A stretch of 40,555 nucleotides of DNA from Reclinomonas americana ATCC 50394. Lineage: Eukaryota. The stretch lies in contig PS015218.1 in assembly GCA_048213135.1 (NCBI GenBank), forward strand, positions 13,269-53,823, given 5' to 3'. Shown here one piece after another: positions 23,001 to 33,339 of this stretch. How positions within the stretch are numbered: the first letter of the stretch is position 1; each line of letters opens with the position of its first letter. Both the position numbers and the translations under genes were made by a program. The notes beneath the pieces are model-generated. The model did no database searches. It saw only the letters and a program-made list of their open reading frames with translations, and was not told the origin of the DNA.

Positions 23001-24064
23001 TCGCCGTCACCGTCAGCTGCCCGTACGCTCCACTCGACGCGCTGCCTTGCGACGGAACCACATCTGTCGGCAGAATCGACGGATTGACCTGCGTTGCACC
23101 AGTGCCGGTCGTCTTACATCCACGCAAGAACGCGGCGGTGTGGAAATCAGTCTGTTTCAATCCGCGGGTTGACTGACGGCTGATGAGAGTGACCATCACC
23201 GGTGTGTTGCCCACCAGCGTGCTCTCTGTGCAACACGTCGGTGATCCATGTCAGTAATCGTGCACAACTGCCGGCAAATCTTCGCAGACAAACTCACCTC
23301 CCGTCACCATCACGTAGCCACTGGAATTGTCACGCGGCACCAGCCGCGATCCCACCAGCATGGAGCGCAGCTCCAACGCCTGCACGCGACTATCGCCGCG
23401 CACCGTCATCAACACCTGCGAGGTGGCAGCGGCCGCCTCACCGACAGCCACCTCAAAGTTGTCGCTGCGCGCCGTGCCACTCGGATCGAGTCGAATGGAC
23501 CGCACACCCGTCAGCGCCAGCGCAATCGACGGAATCTCATCAAACCCGAACGCATGGGCATTCACGATCTCCTGCACACACAGTCGCGTGGTTGCGATGA
23601 ATGAGTCCAAGGACCATGGACAGGTCTGCATGCATCAACAAACCGTAGTGAAATTCTTGTCGGTGGCCAGGCTCAGCCACTCATTGGCAGCTTTCTGACG
23701 CGGCAGCTCGTTGTCGTGTGTGTACGTCGCGGCAGGGTCCGCGTACATGGCGATGAAATCTGCCACACAGGTCGTGAGTTTCATGCAAGTGTGCACGAAT
23801 ACGAAGTCGATCGCACGAAACTGGTAATGAGCGAGTCGAACTGCGCAGTGCCGAGTGCCGAGCACTGCACCGTCAGCATAAACTTGGTGACCGACGGCCT
23901 CGCGCAGCGAATGTCGGTGTCGCCCTCAATCGTATTGGAGAGAGCGGAGATGCCAAAGAGCACAGTGGGAATCGCCGGGAACGATTGCACAAAGCGGTGC
24001 GTGATCTCCACGGAGCGAGTGCCAGTGCCTGTGCTCATCTGTCGCACAACCAGTGTAACATTCG
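23001..24064 (-). CDS. Fragment of a protein with tandem H-type-lectin-like domains (both ends lost in gaps/repeats)
   Basis: Exons 24064-23822, 23759-23644, 23571-23298 and 23225-~23001 join in frame. RSVEITHRFVQSFPAIPTVLFGISALS...IRCARPSVTKFMLTV and HAFGFDEIPSIALALTGV resemble the F..F...P.V..G(L/I)..L pattern of H-type lectins (discoidin/HPA). Confidence 0.5.
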
Positions 24065-24118
24065 NNNNNNNNNNNNNNNNNNNNNNNNNNNNNNNNNNNN
24101 NNNNNNNNNNNNNNNNNN

Positions 24119-25003
24119 CGAACTGATAGGACGAGCCGAGGTGTGCAAGATGCACGATCGGAGAATGAGATGGGCGAGTGAGTGAGTGATTGGCGAGGAC
24201 GGTGAGCGAGTGAAGGGGACGAACTGATAAAAAAAGCCGAAGTGGGCGAGATGAACAATCGGAGAATGAGATGGGCGAGTGAGTGAGTGACTGGCGAGGA
24301 TGGTGAGCGAGTGAAGGAGACGAAATGAAAGAAAGAGCCGAGGTGGGCGAGATGAACAATCGGAGAATGAGATGGACGAGAGAGTGAGAGATTGGCGAAG
24401 ATGGTGAGCGAGTGAAGGGGACGAACTGATAGGACGAGCCGAGGTGGGCGAGATGAACAATCGGAGAATGACATGGACGAGAGAGTGAGTGATTGGCGAA
24501 GATGGTGAGTGAGTGAAGGGGACGAACTGATAGGACGAGCCGAGGTGTGCAAGATGCACGATCGGAGAATGACATGGGCGAGAGAGTGAGTGATTGGCGA
24601 AGATGGTGAGTGAGTGAAGGAGAAGAACTGATAGGACGAGCCGAGGTGTGCAAGATGCACAATCGGAGAATGACATGGACGAGAGAGTGAGAGATTGGCG
24701 AAGATGGTGAGCGAGTGAAGGAGAAGAACTGATAGGACGAGCCGAGGTGTGCAAGATGCACAATCGGAGAATGACATGGACGAGAGAGTGAGTGATTGGC
24801 GAAGATGGTGAGCGAGTGATAGGACGAGCCGAGCTCGAGGTGTGCAAGATGCACGATCGGAGAATGACATGGACGAGAGAGTGAGTGATTGGCGAAGATG
24901 GTGAGCGAGTGAAGGAGAAGAACTGATAGGACGAGCCGAGGTGTGCAAGATGCACGATCGGAGAATGACATGGACGAGAGAGTGAGTGATTGGCGAGGAT
25001 GGT
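24119..25003. repeat. Minisatellite, 101-bp unit x ~9
   Basis: aactgata recurs at 24121, 24222, 24424, 24525, 24626, 24727 and 24921, with a variant at ~24323 and an indel unit at ~24820. Confidence 0.9.
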
Positions 25004-26521
25004 GGACAACTGCATGCACATCAGAATCGTAGTGGAGTGGATACTCGTAGAGGGAGTGAGAGAAAAATATGAAGGGACATGGACTGTGAGGTGACATGCA
25101 TGGTGGGCGGAGTGAACATCGACAAGGGGGAGTGAATGAAGAGTGATTGGGTGGCAAAGTCGGACGAATGAGAGGAAAGCAGTGGAAATACAAGGTAGCG
25201 AAGACAGTGGTTGGGATGATTTGAGTGCGTGTGAGTGCTTCTGCGGGAGAGTCGAGGCAGGAGGAGGAGGAGGAAGAGAAGGGAGATGGAAGGACAAGGA
25301 AAGAAGAAGGAGAGATAAGACATGGCAGTCGAGGTGAAGGATTGGTGGAGACAGAGGGAAAGAGCGCAGAGAAGAGTGATGCAGGTTGATGAAGGGTGAT
25401 TTGAGGGGCATGGGAGGACAAGGGTGTGGAGCGATTGAGCACAAGAGAGAAGAGATGGCAGTCGAAGTGGAGGGTTGGAGAAGAGAGAGACGGAGGGAAA
25501 GAGAGAGCGCGCAGAGAAGTGCTGCAAGTTGATGTAGCGTGAGATGAGGGAGTGACGATGGTGGCAGAAAGCGCGTGAGGGGTGAAGGTAGGCAAGACGA
25601 ATGCATTTGTGCACGTGAGTGAGTGGATGGAGAAGGAGGCGATACGAGACGAGATGTGGTGATGCAGAAGCAGGGAATGTGTTTTGAGATGATTGAGTGG
25701 ATGTGTGAGTGGTGAGGACGGTGAAGCGATGCGTAATGGGGAGTGAGATTGGTGGGCGGAAGAGACTGGGAACGAGGAGTGGGATGGAGAAATGAGAGAG
25801 CGAGAGAGGAGAGGGAGAGACAGTGCGCGAAAGGGCGTTCCTTTACTTGTACCTCAGTCCTCCCTCGGAGAATGAGAAGTGGGTGAACATGAGTGAGTGA
25901 GGATATTTGATGGAGAGGGAGAGTGAGAAGGAGAGATGGAGAAGCGGAAGTGCGGTGCGGAGATGTTGGACGCGAATGAGCAAGAGAGTGGATGAGCATG
26001 AGAGTGCCAACTGTGAGTGAGGATATTGATGGAGGGAGAGAGAGTGAGAGAGATGGAGAAGCGGAAGTGGAGGTGTGATGCNNNNNNNNNNNNNNNNNNN
26101 NNNNNNNNNNNNNNNNNNNNNNNNNNNNNNNNNNNNNNNNNNNNNNNNNNNNNNNNNNNNNNNNNNNNNNNNNNNNNNNNNNNNNNNNNNNNNNNNNNNN
26201 NNNNNNNNNNNNNNNNNNNNNNNNNNNNNNGCAGTGCGACGGGCATATGGTCGCCGTCGCCACTGCCGGCAACACCACCACCGCAGCTGTCCATGTACGC
26301 ACCACTGGCTTCCGCCTCTCCCACCGGAGGAGGCGTCGGAGCACGATCGCCACGACGAGTGCGTCTCACCGAGCCCATCCCACCACCCTTTGCTGTGCAC
26401 AGATGAGCAGCCAGTGAAATATTACACGAATTTGTTTTTACCAACCAGCCGCAAACAAGGGACGGGAAAGGGGAGGGGAGGGAAGGAGAAGAGGATAAAT
26501 ACAACAGTCGGGGGCGATTGC

Positions 26522-27629
26522 TCATTCTGCATGAGGACGCGGTGTGGCTGTTGCTGCCACGCGCGGATGCCGGTAAGAGGCGCCCCACCGCACCCAGGCG
26601 AGTCCACGGACCACCAGATTCAGGAACCACGTGACAAACACCACAAAGAGCACAAAGAGCCAGAACTGCTTGTTGGACATGCGGTCGAGGAACGGGTACG
26701 GGAAGTGCACGTCCAAGTAATACCTGTGCGCGTGTCAGTTGCGAGACGGCGGCGGAGGGTGGAGAGTGTGCGGAAAAAACGACGCAACATGTACTGCAGC
26801 CACAGCGAGTAGATGAAGACGAACAGGGCGCCGACTCGGAGATCATCCCGAACGCGGTTCCACTTGTGTCGCACCAGCACTGTTTCACCAATGACGGCCA
26901 GCGCCACAAACGAGTGGATCATGTTGTTGAGGAGCCACGGTACTCGCTTGAACGCCTCCTCGGTCGGGTACAGCAGCGTAGGCGACACCAGCAGCATGCC
27001 TATATATCATGCATGAGTGTATGCTGCGAAGTGTACATCATGGGTGATCTCGGACACGCGCGCGACACACAGACCCCAGTACATGACAGCGACAAAGAAG
27101 CCGACGGGAGCGATCAGTGAGCGGAACAACACGTCCAGCCACCGCGCATGCGACAATGTCACGGCCTCGGCAGCAGCACTGCCCCGTCGCACTCGATACC
27201 ACAACTCACGCACGTTGGTCGCCGTGGCAATCACAAAGTACGCCGCCTCCATGTACTGTGCGTGCGTATGTGCGTGCATGTGAGTGGACAGCACACTCTC
27301 CTCTTGTGCGCTGTGCGTGTCATACCATGTTCCAGGTGGTGAGGAAGCGAGCGGAACCGTACGTGCCCCATCTGCCATAACGGACTTGAGATCAAGATTC
27401 GCACACACAGTCACGCACACACAGTCACGCACACTCGGAGACACACACACATGGAGACACACACTCTCCTGCGCCCACTGATATGGAGAGAGCGAGAGAA
27501 CAGGTGACTTGCTGATCATGAGGCACGCAACAGTGAACCTGGCAAGCGTGCCGCGTGCATGGAAACGAGGCCGACGATAAACGCTGCCGCCATGGCGGTG
27601 TGGTATGTGAGCGTGAGAAGCCAGTGCAT
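26522..27629 (-). CDS. FAR-17a/AIG1-like (AIG1/ADTRP family) multi-pass membrane Thr hydrolase
   Basis: Five exons from ATG 27629 to TGA 26522. Motifs GSARFLTTWN (family FLT with catalytic Thr), VMYWG, NNMIHS (catalytic His) and FPYPFL, plus several hydrophobic helices. Confidence 0.8.
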
Positions 27630-27897
27630 GGTTCCGATGCGCGGCACTTTGCCACTCTCTTCCTCACGCAGTGTTGTTATGCGAAGGCGATCGATTGACT
27701 GACTGACGGAAAAAATCGTTTTACGACTGCATGCCCCCCTCACTCTTGCAAGGAGAGGGATGCCTTCGCTTCTATAACACGTACATACACACACACATGC
27801 ACTTATACACGGACCGGAGAGAGGAAAGAATAGGAAGCCAACAACCAAAACAAAAACGACGAAATACAACATGGATGAATGAATGGTACAGACGATG

Positions 27898-30800
27898 CTA
27901 CCGCTGGTTGGCGTAGTACGACTCCTGGTTGTGCTGAATGATTTGCTGCAGCTTCCGTACGGCGCCGTCCTCCAGTCGGTACCGGATGCCGAAGCGCTGC
28001 GCCAGCGATCCGGCGGACGCACCCTCCCGCACGCGCAGCTTGGCGGTGCGTCCGTCGCCCACATCAATGTCCAGGAAGAATAGCGTCTTACCGCGCGCGC
28101 TGTTGGTGGCCGACGAGGCGCCGGAACGCGGCGACATGTTGGCCGACATTGGCATGCGTGGCGACGTGCCGGTGCTGTCGCCACCACCCGGACGCAATGC
28201 CGAGAGTCCGAGCAGTGGTACGCGCGGTGGCACCGGTGGCGGAGCAGAGGATGATGATGCTCCTCGCGAATCATTGGCGCTAATCGGCTCCACCGCATCG
28301 CCGTCGTCGTCCGCGTAGAATCCCCCAGCATCGTCATCGTCGTGGTCACCACTCGCCAGCCACGCATCGCCACCGTCCTCCGTGTCGGCAAACTCGTCTT
28401 GGTGCAGCAATCGTTGCCGACCTGTGGTCATAAGAGTGAGATGGTGGTGGTGCATCACATGCGTGCGGGAGTGTGGCAGGTGACCAACCTCGTTCCTTGG
28501 ACTCGCGAAGATAGTACGCCAGCAGCTGCTCCTTGATCTTGTGCACAATCTCGTCGACCTTGGACTTGCGCAGCGAGAACGTGTGAACAAAATTGCGCGC
28601 CAGTACTTGCGGATCGTCGCCCTTGCGCACGGCCAAAGTTCCAAACTGTCGCAAAGTGTGAGCCAGTGGTGATTTGCAGATGCCATGTACATGAAATCAC
28701 ACACCTTTCCGTGCCCAATGTCAATGTGCAGCTTGATCAGTGCGTCGTTGACGCGCACCGCCCGCAACTCGGTCTCGAACTTGAACGGTTTTGGATCACA
28801 CACTTTTCTGTAGCCATCATCGCGTCCATTGCCAATCGCCGGAGCAGAGTAGGCTGCAAATACAAGTCAGCACACATGATCATGCAATCCAAGCTTTCCA
28901 GGTTCACGGCAAGCACGCAACGTCGCTCTCGGCCAGCAGAAGAGTCGCGAGCACTGGTGGGCGGAGTCGCGGTGAAATCCTTGACTCGCGCCGCAATGAT
29001 TTGTGCCAGTCGACCCGTGTACGCCGAATCCAGTCGGAAAGCACGCACAAACATGGCCGCAAGCTCATTGGCATCGTCGCCATCGCGCACACCGATTTGA
29101 CCGACTCGACCGTCGCCCAACTCAATGTCAATGAGGATCTGTTGGCGTGCGTGTAATGTTACACACATGATCCACAGAAGGACAACCTTGAACGCAAGAA
29201 GAGCTCACCTGTGGTGGTCCGCGCTCCGTGGCCGACGAGGAGACCGTGCCTGATGGTGCCGTCGAGTGGTGATGCTGCTGTTGGTGCTGCTGATGGTGAT
29301 GCTGTTGCGAATGTGGCCGCTGATTATCGGTTGGCGGTGGAGAATTCGCTGGCAGCAGGTTCGACGGGGGCGACGGGACCGTGAGGAGTGTCTTGTGGAA
29401 GGGCCGTATGCGACCGGAGCGCGGATCCATTTCGGTGACCACTTTTGACGGTGGCGATGTGCCAGGTCTGCTCGCAGAAAGAGCGGTGAGCAGCAAGAAA
29501 AAAGGGCAGTGAATGTGAGAGAGGCGCACTTGTACAGGCGCGCCGAGGCCGTCTTGATGACGCTCGTCTCAATGACTGGCACCACGTCGCCGTCACGCGT
29601 GTGCTTGTATTCTTTTAGCCGCGGCGAAGAGAGTTGCAGGCTGCCGCTGTTGCCGTTGCTGGCCCGTAACCTCGGCGACAGAGAGGCTGTGTGAAAATGG
29701 TGAGCCATGCACGGGAAGAGGAACACAGGTGAGAGGAGGAGGAGAAAGGGACGCAACGATTCGATGATCGGAAGGCTCGTCGCGGAGAGACATTAGGAGA
29801 CGACAGAGTCTTGGGTGCAGGCGGGGGTGGAGGTGGCGCCAGCGAGTGTGACGTGGGCGGCGGCAGCGTGCTCTTCATGTACTCCAGCTGGCTCTTCAGC
29901 TGCGCGTACCGATCCGAGATGGTGCTGGCTGGCGACGGTGCTTGTGACGACAGGAGGGAGAACTGGTTGTTGCCAGCACGAACGTGAGCAACACAGTCGT
30001 AACACGGGGGGGAATGAGTAGCGACACGCAACTTGCCCTCCGTACTGCTGTGGAGGCGCCTGCAGAAGCGCACTCATGGCGTGCGACACACCGACTCCAG
30101 AGCTGCCGGCGCTGTGACCATTGGTCGCCCCCGACGAGTAGCCACCGCTGCTGCCTCCTCCATTCGGCACGGCCGCCATTGACGGCGCAGACGACGACGA
30201 CGACGACATTCCACCATTGACAGTACGCGGCTTGCCACCACGGCGCTTCAACAGATGCACAGCGCGAATGCGCAGAATACGCAGCGTCAGCGCAACGTTG
30301 GTGCCATCCTGGCACGACACCTCCATGAAAAAGAGGCCACGCGACGTCGCAAACTGCTCGGCCTCCTTGATGGTCACCGAACGCTCACTGCCCCGATCGC
30401 TGTGCGTGCCCACGAGAATCACCACCATCGAGTCGCCACACAATCGCCGAACCTCGCCCAACCATCTGCGCGCGGCGTGGGCAGAGTGAGCTCGTCAACA
30501 ACGACACATCTCTCTACATGTGTGCGTGCGCGCAACGTTGAGGTGGCCGAGTCAAACGACGAGTGCTTTGTCACATCATAGGCAATCATCACAAAGTCGG
30601 CGTCGCTGTACACGCTGCGACGGAGAAGAAGCGTGTCAACAACACAACACCCTCAACATCTTCTCCTTTTCCAAAACAACAACCAACCTCTGTCGTGTGG
30701 CCACCGACGAAGAGCCGCCCACATCCGTCACTCGCACAGTGATGAGAGGATCGTCGCCTTGCAAGGTGAACGAAGACAGCACAGGCTCGGTCGTGGCTGT

Positions 30801-31297
30801 TGTTGCACTCGACAATCAGAGAGATGTTGTTTGTCACAAAGAGAGAGTGAGTGAAAGAGAGACGCAACGCGTGTGCTGCGTTGGCACTGCGGACCCAGTG
30901 AAGCGAGCCACCAGTGCCGATTTCCCTGTGTGTGCGTGTGTGAGTAATGAGAGAGCGGTCCATGCGTGGGACCAGTTACAAGCATATCGGGTCCGGTTCA
31001 CACGCTCTCTCTTCGACGCACACACACTCATGCACGCGCGACGGAACACGTGCACACACGCGAGGAGAACAGGAGAGAGCGAGAGAAACGCGCGCGCGGG
31101 GTGGCGGGCGAGAGGGCCATGGCGAGACAGGGAGATTGCCTGACCCGCGCCCGTGACTCGCGCGACTCACACAAAGTCGCGTCCGCCTCTCCGCACTCGT
31201 GTCTGTGTGTCTATGTGCGTGCGTGCGTGCGTGTGTGCAACTCACCGACACCAGTGTCGCCAACCACGACGAGATTTACCCGCTCAGACCCGGTCAT
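27898..31297 (-). CDS. Atypical Rab-like small GTPase with a long C-terminal extension carrying three copies of a ~55-aa alpha/beta domain (~800 aa, ~12 exons)
   Basis: G1 VVVGDTGVGKS, G2-like HTPTT, G3-like TDVGG, IAYDVTKHSSFDSATSTWLGEVRR, G4-like ILVGTHSD and G5-like FMEVSCQ. Exons are frame-continuous through to the stop at 27898. Confidence 0.75.
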
Positions 31298-31387
31298 TCT
31301 TTTCTGTGTGGTTTGGTATTCACGTTGTTGATTGATCGGGAATCTGTCTTCAATCTTCTTAATCCTCCCGTCCCCTCCTCTTCTTGC

Positions 31388-33266
31388 TCATTCAACCTTG
31401 CTCTTGACGCCACCGTGCGCCTCTTCCCGCTCCTCGTCGTCGTCGACATCGTCGGCGGGCGATTTGCCACGGCGAGCAGCGATCTCTTCGGCTCGGCGAT
31501 TGCGCAGGGCATCGCTGCCACCGGCGCGGTGCTGCTGCTGCACGCGGTTCCAGTACTCTACAAACTCCCACTGTGTCGTTGTTTTTCGCACGCGCAGTGA
31601 GGAACTATTATACAAACAAAAAGGCGGATATTCTCTGTTGGTTATTATTACTGCGCACCTTGACATCGGCGCCGAGCGATAACTCGATCATGCCCGAGTG
31701 GTCGCAGATGCGCTTGCGCACGTCGCTCATCCACTGCCGCACCTGGTTGTCGACAAAGGCGCCGGCATCGGCGGAGCTGTCAGAGCCGGAGGGTGCCGAC
31801 GACGAGCTGCAATTGCACGAGTGAGAGAAAAGGTGGAAGTGAAAGCTGGCCGGCGCGACGCAACTCGCGCCACAAGACGTCGTTGGGGTGCTTCTTGCGT
31901 TGCGCGTCGCGGAACTCTTGGAACGATGGCAGATCGACCACGCGCAGCACGTTGAGCGAGTTGTGCAGCTGCGACGCCATGTTGAACACGTGCGCAAACG
32001 GCGAGCCGACGGTGAACGACGGGCTGAACTCGTCGTATGTGTACTGGAAGATGCAGACGTGCACCCGCGACACGTGCTCGAGAATGTGCTGGAACATGTC
32101 CCTGAACTGCAGCACGCCTTGCCCGTTGGTCGTCGTTCCCTGTGTGCGAACGTGAGTGCAGTGACACAAAGTACGAAGCTCGTGCCATCCGCCAGCACAC
32201 ACCTCGGGGAACACCACCACCGGACCGAGACCGCGTGTGCGGGCCATCTTGACGAGCTCACGAAGCGGCATGCACTGCATGCAATGGAAGAGTCAATTCC
32301 ACTCACTCTCTCTCTCCTCCACCGTCTCCCACTCTCAGCGACTCACATCAGCGGCCAGGTGCTGCTTGGGGAACATGCACTCTCGCACTGCACTGATCGT
32401 CTGGCACGGATACACCCATCCCTGGCAATCGCTGCCGCGGTGAGCGACAAACACCGCTTCGTGTCCACACGGCACTCACCTCCGTCAACCCCGGCGTGGG
32501 CGTCGGCACCATGGCAAACACGGGTGCGTAGCGGAAGCCCAGATAGAGAATGTCCACGTACGAGATGTGATTGCAGAGGAGAATGTCACCGTGCGCCAGG
32601 TCCAAGCCCGCGCGCTGGGAGAACGAGAAGGGCGGACTGCACACACACACACACACACACACACATGTCACTTCCGATTGAACAGCGACCCTTTCCTACG
32701 CGGGTGTGCACACGCAACGAGGTGTACAGCTCGTCGGAGCGCTGTCGCGAGTTGATCCAGAAGTAGCCGAGAAGGAAGAGAATGGCGCGGCAGTGCAACG
32801 TGTGCGCGTAGCGTTGCAGGAGTCGTCGGATCACAGACACAGGAACCTGCACAGCATCATCAGCTCTCTCTGCGTGCGTGCATGTGCGTGCATGTGCGTG
32901 TGCGTGTGCACAAGCACTCACCAGTGTGAACAGTGCGGTGCTGCCAATCAGGGAGAGGCAGACGGCGGCCAGCAGAATGCATCGCACCACGCCCAGCAGT
33001 CGACCAAGCACATGCCGCTTGAGGGCCAACACAATGCGCACTGGCACACCGTGTGGCTTGTTCTTGGCCTGAGAGAGAGAGAGAGAGAGCGAGTGAGCGC
33101 GTGTGTGTGAGTGTGTGGAGCAAGAAACAGGGACCTTTGGTGGCACGAATGGCATGATGCCTGTCCGCTTGTCTTCGAACTGCGTGTGTGCATGGTGAGT
33201 GAGGAGTGGTGCTGCAGAGGTGGGAGAGAACCCTGCTGGTTGGTGAACCTTGCGATACTTCTCCAT
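31388..33266 (-). CDS. LOA1: LOA1/VPS66-like lysophosphatidic acid acyltransferase (LPLAT/PlsC superfamily)
   Basis: The N-terminus MEKYRK|FEDKRTGIMPFVP matches the MEK(Y/F)..(W/F).D..TGI.PF motif of Loa1/Vps66. Catalytic NHISYVD (HxxxxD) and VVVFPE|GTTTNGQGVLQF are present. Ten exons, stop at 31388. Confidence 0.75.
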
Positions 33267-33339
33267 GTCGCAACCAAGTTGTCTATCACGGTTCATGGGA
33301 CGAGGACGGATGCGAGACAACAGACTTTTTTCACTGCTT

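Noticed and set aside
19330-25003. CRISPR-like arrays
   Set aside because: The units are contiguous near-identical tandem repeats without unique spacers, no cas genes are present, and the context is eukaryotic.
23781-26353. Long ORFs (604, 772 and 340 aa) over the 101-bp repeat, and S/L/T/H-rich ORFs at 15319-16600 and 18966-19784
   Set aside because: These are artefacts of stop-poor satellite DNA and N runs. Several frames are open at once and the translations are low complexity.
26231-26400. Possible first exon of the lectin-like gene on the - strand
   Set aside because: It looks coding and GC-rich but is bounded by a gap. The frame and connection cannot be established, so I did not call it.
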